Part shown: positions 26,526 through 36,000 of the stretch, piece after piece | How the letters are laid out: each line of letters begins with the position of its first letter | How positions within the stretch are numbered: position 1 is the first letter of the stretch | DNA from: Clostridia bacterium | GTDB lineage: Bacteria > Bacillota > Clostridia > Oscillospirales > CAG-272 | Direction: 5' to 3' | Assembly (NCBI GenBank): GCA_017446155.1 | Contig: JAFSRI010000053.1 | Span: forward strand, 78,018-142,017 | Length of the DNA stretch: 64,000 nucleotides | Notes under the pieces: model-generated | What the model saw: only the letters and a program-made list of their open reading frames with translations | Databases searched by the model: none | What the model was told of the DNA's origin: nothing | Translations under genes and position numbers: made by a program

Positions 26526-27281
26526 ATGCGTAAAATTTTAGGATTGATAATGGCGTTGCTGATAGTGGCGTCCGTGCCGCTGCTAAGCGCCTGTTCGCAG
26601 TCCGCGCGATATGAAAAAGCGGTGTTCGAGCATCTGAACAAAAAATATCCTGAAAAAACGTTCAGACTGCTCGCTTACAAGAAAAACAACAATTCAAATG
26701 GACGTTATGAAATAGACGCTGTCTGCGACAACGACAGCACAAAGTTCAGTGTTTACGTTTATCCTAATATGTTCATTACGGACGGTTACTCTGTTTCAAG
26801 GGCAAATTCGATGGCGCTGGCGGAGCTTCACAGCGCTGTGGCGTATACCGCTTCGCTTCAATATATTTCAAATATTCGTTGGCTCCGTCCTTACAACGAA
26901 GAAAACACCGATTACAGTTTCAGAACTGTTGACTCATACGACGATTTCTCGCTTGAAAACTTAAAGACAATCGATACGATCTATCTTGACAGCCCGACAG
27001 ACGTCGAAAGTGCGGAAATGGGAATAATAACGTCGATATACGCCCTTAACGCATATGACGTGAACCTTGAAAACGTAGGTTTTGAATTTTCAATCAAAGG
27101 CTATAAGAATTGCCGTTTTACAACCGATACAGCGTCTGTGTTGGCGGCTGAAAAAGGCGAGATAGCGAAGTGCATTGAAGAGGGTATAAACACAAGCGGA
27201 ATTATTGAAAACGCACTTGCGGCAGTAAATACATTTAAAGTCGATTTCAGAAAACAAGCCGAAACCGAACAGGAACAATAA
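26526..27281 (+). CDS. hypothetical lipoprotein
   Basis: Signal peptide plus lipobox LLSAC. GGGGGA RBS before the ATG at 26526. Confidence 0.6.
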   Translation: MRKILGLIMALLIVASVPLLSACSQSARYEKAVFEHLNKKYPEKTFRLLAYKKNNNSNGRYEIDAVCDNDSTKFSVYVYPNMFITDGYSVSRANSMALAELHSAVAYTASLQYISNIRWLRPYNEENTDYSFRTVDSYDDFSLENLKTIDTIYLDSPTDVESAEMGIITSIYALNAYDVNLENVGFEFSIKGYKNCRFTTDTASVLAAEKGEIAKCIEEGINTSGIIENALAAVNTFKVDFRKQAETEQEQ

Positions 27282-27286
27282 AAAAG

Positions 27287-27308
27287 AAGCCTTGCAAAAG
27301 GCTTTTTT
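27287..27308 (+). terminator. intrinsic terminator
   Basis: AAGCCTT-GCAA-AAGGCTT followed by TTTTT. Confidence 0.7.
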
Positions 27309-27314
27309 CTTTGG

Positions 27315-27347
27315 CAAAAAAATCGCACCCGAGCGGGTGCGATTTTT
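27315..27347 (-). terminator. intrinsic terminator after ftsZ
   Basis: ATCGCACCC-GAGC-GGGTGCGAT, 9 bp perfect, with U-runs on both strands. Confidence 0.75.
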
Positions 27348-27361
27348 GATATTGGCTTAAA

Positions 27362-28486
27362 TCAGTTCTTTTTGAGGATCGACATAAGATCGTTTATGTC
27401 GTCGTCGGAAACGATGGGCGCTTCCTCATCGCGAGAAACTCTCATCGGGGGGACGTCGGCATGTCTTGCGACTGTCTGAGAGGACGAAGCCTCAGCCTGC
27501 TGAACGGGAGCCGTGTGTTTTGCGGCCTCTTCGCTCTTGAAGCCCGTAGCGATTACCGTGACCTTGATTGTATCTTCAAGGGAATTGTCTATCGTAGCAC
27601 CCCAAATGATCGTAGCGTCGGGGTGAGCCTCGCTTGAAATCATGGAAGATGCGGTTTCTACTTCGTCGAGAGATATGTCGGAAGAAGCTGTTATGTTGAT
27701 AAGTATGCCGGTGGATCCGGAGATTGATGTTTCAAGAAGCGGGCTTGTGATAGCGGATTTAGCCGCAACCTCTGCTTTATCTCTGCCTGTGCCTGTGCCT
27801 ACGCCCATGTGAGCATAGCCCGCGTCGCGCATAACTGCGGAAACGTCTGCAAAGTCAAGGTTTACAAGGCCGGGGATGTTGATAAGGTCGGAAATGCTCT
27901 GAACACCGCGACGGAGAATGTCGTCGGCATACTCGAAAGCGTTTGCAAGTGTGATTCTGTTCTCGGAGATCTGTTTTAAGCGCTCGTTCGGGATAACGAC
28001 GAGAGCGTCAACGTAATCGCGGAGATGAACGATACCTTGTTCTGCCTGTATCATACGTTTTCTTCCCTCGAAAGAGAAGGGCTTTGTAACGATACCGATT
28101 GTGAGGATACCCATTTCCTTTGCGACCTTTGCAACTACGGGAGCGGCACCTGTGCCTGTTCCGCCGCCCATACCGGTAGTGATAAACACCATATCAGCAC
28201 CGCGGATAATGTTCTGAATATCTTCGATATTTTCTTCTGCTGCGCGCTTTCCTACTTCGGGATCGGCCCCTGCGCCGTGTCCTTTGGTAACCTTTTCACC
28301 GATAGCGATCTTTGTGGGAGCGCTGGATGTGAGAAGAACCTGCTTGTCGCAGTTTACCGTAATGAAATCAACGCCCTGAATGTTGGACTCTATCATACGG
28401 TTTACAGCGTTGCCGCCGCCACCGCCTACGCCGATGACTTTTATTTTGACGCCGCTGTCATAATTTTTGTCAAATTCAAATCCCAT
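27362..28486 (-). CDS. ftsZ: cell division protein FtsZ
   Basis: Tubulin signature [11 protein letters not shown]. Confidence 0.95.
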   Translation of the reverse strand: MGFEFDKNYDSGVKIKVIGVGGGGGNAVNRMIESNIQGVDFITVNCDKQVLLTSSAPTKIAIGEKVTKGHGAGADPEVGKRAAEENIEDIQNIIRGADMVFITTGMGGGTGTGAAPVVAKVAKEMGILTIGIVTKPFSFEGRKRMIQAEQGIVHLRDYVDALVVIPNERLKQISENRITLANAFEYADDILRRGVQSISDLINIPGLVNLDFADVSAVMRDAGYAHMGVGTGTGRDKAEVAAKSAITSPLLETSISGSTGILINITASSDISLDEVETASSMISSEAHPDATIIWGATIDNSLEDTIKVTVIATGFKSEEAAKHTAPVQQAEASSSQTVARHADVPPMRVSRDEEAPIVSDDDINDLMSILKKN

Positions 28487-28770
28487 TTTTTAACCTCCTG
28501 AAAAATAAACTCCAAAGAAAAAATTAAGATACACTAATATAATAATATTTATTTTTCAATTTTGCAATATCTTTTTATAAAAAATATTAAAAAAACACAA
28601 AAAACTATCAAAAATTTGCTTTTATATTAAAAATACGTCATAAAAATTTCCTGTTTTAAGGCATTTTAGCTTCATTGTGTGTGAGAAAAGTTTTGCCTTT
28701 ATGTGTTTTTTGCAAGCCAACGCATCCGCTTTATCATGTTTTTCGTAAGAAAATCGTTTGTATAAAATCG

Positions 28771-29541
28771 TCACCCGACTGTGCCCGTTATTTCAAACGA
28801 GGTCTCGTCCGTTTTTTCTGCGTGTATGACACCTGACACGCCCGGCATGGTTTCTTCGAGATATTTAATTGTTTTTATACAGAAGGATAGCTTTTTTTCC
28901 ATGCCTTCGGCGTTACCGAATACAACTGTATATTTGCTTTTATACATTATATTTATATTAAATCTGCTTGAAATATCGACAGACGTAATGTTTTCAGCCA
29001 TAGAAGATGACATTACGGCGTGAATTATCGCCGTGTTTTTTTCATAATCGCTGTCGGAGGCGAACACGAGTTTTTTTCCAAGCTCCGCTTTTTTCACTTC
29101 CGGCAAAATAAGCGGCGTCAGTCCTCTGCTTGAAAACTCATTCGGTGTTTCAGCTGTTTCGAGTACGCGCAAGTCGTATGATATTACATAGAAACTTTCG
29201 CCGATAAGCGAATAGAACAAGGGCTTGTCCTCGGTTATTATAAGCCTCAACGTCGCAGGGAACTTTCGGCGAATAAGAACTGATGTGACGTATGGGTTTG
29301 TCGATTTTATTTTTGCCTCTATCGCGTCTTTGTCGATAGAGTAAATGTGGCTTTTTATTTTGATAGATGCGGAAGAGAGTATATCTTCGGTTTTTGTGTA
29401 AACGTTGCCGTCTACGGTGACGGTTTTTATTCTGCAAAATGCGAGAAACGACGCAACGAGAACAAGCGTTGCCAGCACGAAAAGAACGCGGATCAGGCGT
29501 TCTTTTCTTCTCATTGCGTTTATTTCGGGCGTCTTGTTCAT
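28771..29541 (-). CDS. ftsQ: cell division protein FtsQ/DivIB
   Basis: TM anchor plus a POTRA-like region. Position between murG and ftsZ. Confidence 0.75.
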   Translation of the reverse strand: MNKTPEINAMRRKERLIRVLFVLATLVLVASFLAFCRIKTVTVDGNVYTKTEDILSSASIKIKSHIYSIDKDAIEAKIKSTNPYVTSVLIRRKFPATLRLIITEDKPLFYSLIGESFYVISYDLRVLETAETPNEFSSRGLTPLILPEVKKAELGKKLVFASDSDYEKNTAIIHAVMSSSMAENITSVDISSRFNINIMYKSKYTVVFGNAEGMEKKLSFCIKTIKYLEETMPGVSGVIHAEKTDETSFEITGTVG

Positions 29542-30680
29542 TTTTCTTCCTTATCCATCAGCGTCAGTATATCACGGTTGACAAGTTTTATTATTTCGTT
29601 TAATATTTTTTCTTTTGCGTCGGGGGCGGTGAATTTCTTTATATTTTCGGAAAGTATTTCACGCTTTGATGAAAACAGCACCGCGTTTACGCTTTCTATT
29701 ATTTTATCCGGCGAAAGGTCTTTTTCTTCTATCACAACAGCCGCCTTCATTTGCGCAAGGCTTTGCGCGTTTTTTGACTGGTGGTTGTTTACAACGTTCG
29801 GGGAAGGAATGAGAATGCAAGGTTTTTCATAAAGCGCCATCTCAGATAGCGTCATTGCGCCCGAACGGCACATGACGGCGTCGGAGGCCGCCTCCCACAC
29901 GGGCATATCGTATATATACTCCATCGGGAGAAGATTATCATATTTATCAAGTCCTGCGGCATTAAACTCTTCCATGAAGGCGTCGAAGTAGTTTTTGCCT
30001 GTGGAGTGAACGTAAAGCACTTCGGGGTGCGATAAGGCAAGTTCTTTCATTATCGTCAGCGCCGTGTCGTTTATCTTTTTAGACCCAAGACTTCCACCGA
30101 ACGACAAAAGCACTTTTTTGAAATTCGGCCTTATGCCGAGTTTTTCTCTTGCGCTTTTTTGTGTTTCGCCGGAAATGTCGGACACGAGAGGGTTGCCGAC
30201 AACTACAACTTTCTCGGGACAGTGCAGATATTCTTTTACAGCGTCGAAATTGACGAGTATTTCGTCAACTTCTTTTTCTATCATTTTAACGGCTTTGCCG
30301 GGTATGGCGTTTGATTCGTGAACGATCGACGGTATGCCGAGCTTTGCCGCCGCATGCAAAAGCGGCCAGCAGAGGTAACCGCCTGTGCCGATTACAATGT
30401 CGGGTTTAAAAGATTTGATCAGTTTTTTTGCTTTTATCGGTGCTGTAAGAAAGCAATACGCAGTTTTTATGTTACGCGGTGAAAGGCTGCGTTGCAGTCC
30501 GCTCATCTCGATGTGAAACGTCTTATATCCCGCTTTTTCTATAAGCCCTTTTTCCATGCCGTTTTTTGTCGCTATAAATGCGATTTCGGCGTGTTTGTCA
30601 TATGCTTTTATTGTGTCGGCAATAGCGATGGCGGGGTAAATATGTCCGCCTGTGCCGCCTCCTGCGAGAAGTACTCTCAA
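29538..30680 (-). CDS. murG: UDP-GlcNAc:lipid I N-acetylglucosaminyltransferase MurG
   Basis: GGGTGGHIYPAIA motif. 380 aa. Confidence 0.9.
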   Translation of the reverse strand: MRVLLAGGGTGGHIYPAIAIADTIKAYDKHAEIAFIATKNGMEKGLIEKAGYKTFHIEMSGLQRSLSPRNIKTAYCFLTAPIKAKKLIKSFKPDIVIGTGGYLCWPLLHAAAKLGIPSIVHESNAIPGKAVKMIEKEVDEILVNFDAVKEYLHCPEKVVVVGNPLVSDISGETQKSAREKLGIRPNFKKVLLSFGGSLGSKKINDTALTIMKELALSHPEVLYVHSTGKNYFDAFMEEFNAAGLDKYDNLLPMEYIYDMPVWEAASDAVMCRSGAMTLSEMALYEKPCILIPSPNVVNNHQSKNAQSLAQMKAAVVIEEKDLSPDKIIESVNAVLFSSKREILSENIKKFTAPDAKEKILNEIIKLVNRDILTLMDKEEK

Positions 30681-30701
30681 TCTATTTTCCTCCTGCCAAA
30701 A

Positions 30702-31904
30702 TCAAAGTGAATTCTGTGATGAATAGCGTGAAACGTTAAGGATCATTCCCATTTCAACAAGTTGCATTATGAGCGCCGTTCCGCCGTATGAAAAAAACGG
30801 CAAAGCGATGCCTGTTGTCGGTACGGCAACCGTTACCACGGCGATATTCAGCAGTGCCTGAATGCCGATTTTTGCCGTAAGCCCCGTCACCAACAACGAC
30901 GAGAATATATCGGGGGCGCGCTTTGCAATTACAAATCCGCGCCAGATAAGCATCAAAAACAGTGCGATGAGCACCGTTGCGCCTATCATCCCGAGTTCTT
31001 CGCAGACAATGGCGAAAATGAAATCGTTTTGCGGTTCGGGCAGCCACATATGTTTTTGATAGCTGTTTCCGAGCCCAACTCCGAACAAACCTCCCGAACC
31101 TATTGCGAGCAAACTTTGATACGGTTGCCAGCCGCCTGTTTGCAGGTAAAGTTCCGGATGAAGCCATGCGTCTATGCGTTTTTTCATATAGTCGGTAAAG
31201 AGCATTATCGGTACTGCGACCGCGGCAAACGATCCGCCGAACGCCGCGAGTATTTTCCAGTTTGCGCCTGAAATAAATATCATGCTTACGCCTATAAGAA
31301 ACAGTATTATCGTTCCCGACATATGATGTTCGAGAAGCGTCACAGCGCACACCGCACCGGTGATCATGGCGGGGAAGAGTATGCCGTATTTGAACTGACC
31401 TATCTTATCTTTATAAAACGATATGTATGTTGCCAACATCAATATCAGCGCGAATTTCATAATATCCGACGGCTGAAACTGCAACGGCCCGATTTTTATC
31501 CACCGTGTCGCCCCTTTAAGCGTTTGACCCAAAAACGGCACTGCCGCAAGCAAAAGAAAACTTACGGCGAATATGGGCACAGTGAATTTTTTGATAAAAC
31601 CGTAATCTATAAAAGAAACAATAATCATTATTGCGGCGCCCGCTATTGCAAAAAACGTTTGTTTTTTTACAAAATAGAAACTATCCTGAATGTTTTGATT
31701 GTTTTTCGCATAGACGTAGCTCGATGAGAACACCATAACAGAGCCGTAACAGAGAAGAAGTATTACGATAATGAGGAATATCCTATCCATTCCTCCGCGA
31801 ACTCTGTAAACGGTGCTGATTTCGGGGTGAAGGAGCTCTTGAATGAATGAATTTTTATTTTTTTGTTTTTCGGGAGAAGTTATTTGCGGTTTTGTGCCGT
31901 TCAT
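30702..31904 (-). CDS. ftsW: FtsW/SpoVE (SEDS) peptidoglycan polymerase
   Basis: 10-TM SEDS protein. The ATG at 31904 has an AAGGAG RBS; the track extension is unlikely. Confidence 0.85.
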   Translation of the reverse strand: MNGTKPQITSPEKQKNKNSFIQELLHPEISTVYRVRGGMDRIFLIIVILLLCYGSVMVFSSSYVYAKNNQNIQDSFYFVKKQTFFAIAGAAIMIIVSFIDYGFIKKFTVPIFAVSFLLLAAVPFLGQTLKGATRWIKIGPLQFQPSDIMKFALILMLATYISFYKDKIGQFKYGILFPAMITGAVCAVTLLEHHMSGTIILFLIGVSMIFISGANWKILAAFGGSFAAVAVPIMLFTDYMKKRIDAWLHPELYLQTGGWQPYQSLLAIGSGGLFGVGLGNSYQKHMWLPEPQNDFIFAIVCEELGMIGATVLIALFLMLIWRGFVIAKRAPDIFSSLLVTGLTAKIGIQALLNIAVVTVAVPTTGIALPFFSYGGTALIMQLVEMGMILNVSRYSSQNSL

Positions 31905-32076
31905 CCTTTTTTGCTCCTTTACTATTTTTTGCTTGGCGCACCGCGGGTTTCCGCCTGCGGCGGAAACCCGCGCCGCCGTGCGGGGATATGATGGGAATTT
32001 CAACTTTTAATCGGCGGCGCAAAGGCACGTTGTGCCATCGCGGTGCGTCGTAAATAAAGATCTGCTAAAAAAATAC

Positions 32077-33048
32077 TTATCCTAGGAAAAATGCGATAAT
32101 TGAAAAAACAACTGTGACAGCCGAGAACAAAAAAACTATTTTATTTTCGCCGAAGCCGCACATTTCAAAATGATGATGAATGGGCGTCATCTTAAAAATT
32201 CGTTTTCCGTGAGAAATTTTGAAATAGGCGACTTGAAGAATAACCGACAGTGCCTCGATATAATATATTATTCCGCACACAACGATTATAAGCGGGGAAT
32301 TTATCAAAAATGCAAGTCCTATTACAATTCCGCCGAGGAACATCGAACCGGTGTCGCCCATAAATACTCTCGCCGGATGTGCGTTAAATACAAGAAATCC
32401 CGCAAGACCTCCGAACACCGCGCATGAAAGCACGGCTGTCGCATTGTCGCCGGAGGTGATTCCGCTTACCGCAAAAAACATACAAATGACGCCTGTGACC
32501 GATGAAGCGAGCCCGTCTACACCGTCTGTAAAGTTTACGGCGTTTACCGTGCCAATAATAAATAATATGGCTAAAATATAAAAGAAGAATCCAAACTCAA
32601 CGTTTACCGAAAAGAAGGGAATATGCACATTTGTGGTTATATATCCCAGCTTTGTCATGACAAACAGGTATGCGCCGGAAACTACGAGTTGAAGGAGTAT
32701 TTTTTGATATGGTTTAAGCCCGTCGTTTTTGTGCTCAAACAACTTTTTTCCATCGTCAATAACACCAATAAACCCGAACAGCAGCGCCATGGCAAATGTT
32801 ATCCATAATTTTATAAGCGTGTTTGCGTCGCAGAAGAAAAACGAAACGCATAATGCGAATGCCGTCGACGCGATGAAAAACAGCCCGCCCATAGTCGGTG
32901 TGCCCTCTTTTGATTTATGCCAACGCGGCCCGATTTCGCGTATCGGTTGCCCGAGCTTTTTGGACATAAGCACTGGGATAAATATTTTTCCGAGCAACGC
33001 CGATACGGCAAACGATAACAATGTTGAAACTATAAGATATACAGTCAT
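32077..33048 (-). CDS. mraY: phospho-N-acetylmuramoyl-pentapeptide transferase MraY
   Basis: Full-length MraY-like polytopic protein (NAVNFTDGVDGL, MGDTGS). Confidence 0.95.
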   Translation of the reverse strand: MTVYLIVSTLLSFAVSALLGKIFIPVLMSKKLGQPIREIGPRWHKSKEGTPTMGGLFFIASTAFALCVSFFFCDANTLIKLWITFAMALLFGFIGVIDDGKKLFEHKNDGLKPYQKILLQLVVSGAYLFVMTKLGYITTNVHIPFFSVNVEFGFFFYILAILFIIGTVNAVNFTDGVDGLASSVTGVICMFFAVSGITSGDNATAVLSCAVFGGLAGFLVFNAHPARVFMGDTGSMFLGGIVIGLAFLINSPLIIVVCGIIYYIEALSVILQVAYFKISHGKRIFKMTPIHHHFEMCGFGENKIVFLFSAVTVVFSIIAFFLG

Positions 33049-33051
33049 TTT

Positions 33052-34449
33052 TTACTCCGTCAGAAGCAGATTTGATATTCTTTCAAGTGCAAGCGCGCGG
33101 CTTGCTTTTATCAATACCGTGTCGCCTTTTTTTATAATTTCCCGTATTATTCGAGCGCAATTCTCGGCGTCATCGGCGCTGTCTATTGCCAAAATGCATG
33201 ACAACGGCATGCCGCCGCTGTATGCGCCTTTTGCAATTTTTTGTGCCTCGGAGCCTATCGTGATAAGATAGTTAAGCCCGCTCATTGCGGCTTTTTCTCC
33301 CAGCAAATAATGAAGCCGAGACGAATAATGCCCAAGTTCTTTCATGTCGCCTAATACGGCTATTTTTCTGCCGGTTGCCACCCTGTTTAACGCTTCAAGC
33401 GCTGCCTCCATCGATTCCGGAGAGGCGTTGTAGCAATCCTCGATTATTGTAATGCCGTCTTTCTTTTTTATATTCTGACGCATCTTTACCGGTGTAAAAT
33501 TGCTTAAACCTTCTTTTATTTTTTCGTCGTTAATTTCCATTATAATGCCAACTGCTACTGCCGCCAGTGCGTCGTAAACGCTGTGTTTTCCATATCCGTT
33601 TATTTTCAGATCGCACAACTGTTTGCCGTTTGAACAAATCACGTCAAACAATATTTCACCGTCGCCGAAACGAATATTTGTCGCCCTGTAATTGCACGCC
33701 GGGTTGTCAATGCCGAAATAAAAGCTCATCGCGTGTTTTACTGTTTTTAAATTATATAGTAGCGGCTCGTCGCCGTTTAGCAATATCGTGCCCATGCTCA
33801 TACCGTCGACGATTTCCAGCTTTGCGTCACGGATATTTTCTCTCGAACCCAAATATTCTATGTGAGATGTACCTATATTTGTTATTACCGCAATATCGGG
33901 GCAAGCAATTTTTGACAGGGCAGATATTTCACCTTTGCCGCTCATGCCCATTTCGAGCACGATCGTCTGCGTTGTGGGTTGAAGCGACGCCAACGTCAAG
34001 GGAAGTCCGATTTCGTTGTTCAGGTTACCCTCTGTTTTTTGCGTTTGAAAACGCGTGCTTAAAACGGAGTAAATATATTGTCTTGTCGTCGTTTTCCCGA
34101 CACTGCCCGTCACTGCAACCGTCATCGGGTGAAGAAGACGTTTGTAGTTTTTTGCAAAGCAACCGAGCGCAACTCTCGTGTCGTGCACGATTATCTGCGG
34201 TATTTGAATGTTTACCATGTGGTCGGCAACGACGCACGCCGCCCCTTTTTCATAAGCCGACACGACATAGTCGTGTCCGTCGAAGTTTTCCCCTCGTATA
34301 GCGAAAAAAACGTCGCCGTCTTCGATACTTCTCGAATCTATTGAAATACCGGTCACCTTTTTTGAGCAAAACTTAAAACGCACGTCGCCCTCACAAAGCA
34401 GAGCGAACTTTTCCGCCTCTATTCCGTTTTCAAATAAATCAAGATGCAT
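33052..34449 (-). CDS. murF: UDP-MurNAc-tripeptide--D-Ala-D-Ala ligase MurF
   Basis: Mur ligase P-loop VTGSVGKTTT. 465 aa. Confidence 0.9.
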   Translation of the reverse strand: MHLDLFENGIEAEKFALLCEGDVRFKFCSKKVTGISIDSRSIEDGDVFFAIRGENFDGHDYVVSAYEKGAACVVADHMVNIQIPQIIVHDTRVALGCFAKNYKRLLHPMTVAVTGSVGKTTTRQYIYSVLSTRFQTQKTEGNLNNEIGLPLTLASLQPTTQTIVLEMGMSGKGEISALSKIACPDIAVITNIGTSHIEYLGSRENIRDAKLEIVDGMSMGTILLNGDEPLLYNLKTVKHAMSFYFGIDNPACNYRATNIRFGDGEILFDVICSNGKQLCDLKINGYGKHSVYDALAAVAVGIIMEINDEKIKEGLSNFTPVKMRQNIKKKDGITIIEDCYNASPESMEAALEALNRVATGRKIAVLGDMKELGHYSSRLHYLLGEKAAMSGLNYLITIGSEAQKIAKGAYSGGMPLSCILAIDSADDAENCARIIREIIKKGDTVLIKASRALALERISNLLLTE

Positions 34450-34456
34450 CCTTTGA

Positions 34457-35896
34457 TCACTTTCCTTTTTCTTTTAATATCTTCTTTGCTTCATCCGCGT
34501 CGGAGAACGGTATCTTCTCCCCGCGGTATTCAATATATTTTTCATGACCTTTGCCGAGTATCATCACACAATCGCCGCCCTCGGCAAGTTCTATTGAGTG
34601 TTCTATCGCTTCCCGTCTGTTTTCTATTACGACAGGACTGACACCTCTCGGCGCACCGTCTACAATTTGCGCTATTATCTTCTTCGGATCTTCAAATCGG
34701 GGATTATCATTTGTTATAATCACCTCGTCAGCGTTTCTGTAAGCCGTCTTGCACATTGCGCCGCGCTTTTCGGCGTCCCTTTCTCCGCCGCAACCGAAAA
34801 CGCATATCAATTTTCCTTCTGTTATCTCCCTTGCCGCCGTTAGCACTTTTTCCATGGCGTCGGGGGTGTGGGCGAAGTCCACAAATACGCTTATATCCGA
34901 CTTTCCGCTAACTTTTTCCATTCTGCCATCAACCGTGATGAAACTCTCCAAAGCCTTTGCCGACGTTTTGAATTTAATTCCCAGTACAGCCGCGGCAGAC
35001 GCCGCCGATAGCATATTATAAATGGAAAACCGCCCGTAAAGCGATGAAGAAAAATGCTCGGTCGAGCCGCCGTTGTCTATATCAAACGACACGCCGTTTG
35101 CGGTCGTTTCTATGTTATGGGCTAAAAAGTCCGCGCACCTGTCGTAAAGCGAGAAATACCATATGCTGCCCGTAGCGCGCCATGCCATGTCAAAAGCGTG
35201 CGCGTCATCATAGTTTATCACGGCATGATCGCATTGGGTGAAAAGCGAAGCCTTGGCTTCGGCACAGTCTTTTAAAGTTTTGTGATAATCGAGATGGTCG
35301 TGAGAAAGATTTGTAAAGATACCAACGTCGAAATTTATTCCGTAAAGGCGCTTCTGCGCAAGCGCATGAGAGCTTGCCTCCGCAATAACAAAATCATAGT
35401 TTTCGTCATCGGCTTTTTTTAATAGTTCCGCCATTATTTCAGCGGGCGGGGTAGTGTAGCCCGTGTCGAGCGTTTCGTCGTCAAACTCGGCGCCGGTCGT
35501 GCCGATCACGGCGCATTTATACCCGACGTATCGCAAAATATGCGCCAGCATATGAGCCGTTGTGGTTTTTCCGTTTGTACCTGTCACGGCGCAAATGCGG
35601 AGCTTTTTCTGCGGATCTCCGCAAAGGCGCAGAACCGTGAGCGAGAACGCCGCGCGAACGTCGTCAACGTTTAATACGGGAACGCTTTGCTCCTTTACCC
35701 GTATATCGCACACGACTGCCGCGGCGCCGTTTGACAGCGCTTCTTTAATGTGTTTTTCTTCACCTGAAAACAGGAAAAACACGTCGCCTTTCTTTACTTC
35801 TTTGCTGTTGCGGCAAACGCTGTTAAATTCAACGTCCCTTTCTTTTGCCGGTAATCCGCCGGCGGGGAAAAATGCCGATATATCGCTTAATTTCAT
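34457..35896 (-). CDS. murE: UDP-MurNAc-L-Ala-D-Glu--diamino-acid ligase MurE
   Basis: VTGTNGKTTT P-loop. The ATG at 35896 is preceded by GGAGGG. Confidence 0.9.
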   Translation of the reverse strand: MKLSDISAFFPAGGLPAKERDVEFNSVCRNSKEVKKGDVFFLFSGEEKHIKEALSNGAAAVVCDIRVKEQSVPVLNVDDVRAAFSLTVLRLCGDPQKKLRICAVTGTNGKTTTAHMLAHILRYVGYKCAVIGTTGAEFDDETLDTGYTTPPAEIMAELLKKADDENYDFVIAEASSHALAQKRLYGINFDVGIFTNLSHDHLDYHKTLKDCAEAKASLFTQCDHAVINYDDAHAFDMAWRATGSIWYFSLYDRCADFLAHNIETTANGVSFDIDNGGSTEHFSSSLYGRFSIYNMLSAASAAAVLGIKFKTSAKALESFITVDGRMEKVSGKSDISVFVDFAHTPDAMEKVLTAAREITEGKLICVFGCGGERDAEKRGAMCKTAYRNADEVIITNDNPRFEDPKKIIAQIVDGAPRGVSPVVIENRREAIEHSIELAEGGDCVMILGKGHEKYIEYRGEKIPFSDADEAKKILKEKGK

Positions 35897-36000
35897 AGGT
35901 CCCTCCGAGAAAAAATTTGTTATTTTCAAACTTCCTCGGAAAAAACATGAAAAGCTGTTTTATCCGTAAAATTCTTCTTCTTTTTTTCTTTCAAAACACG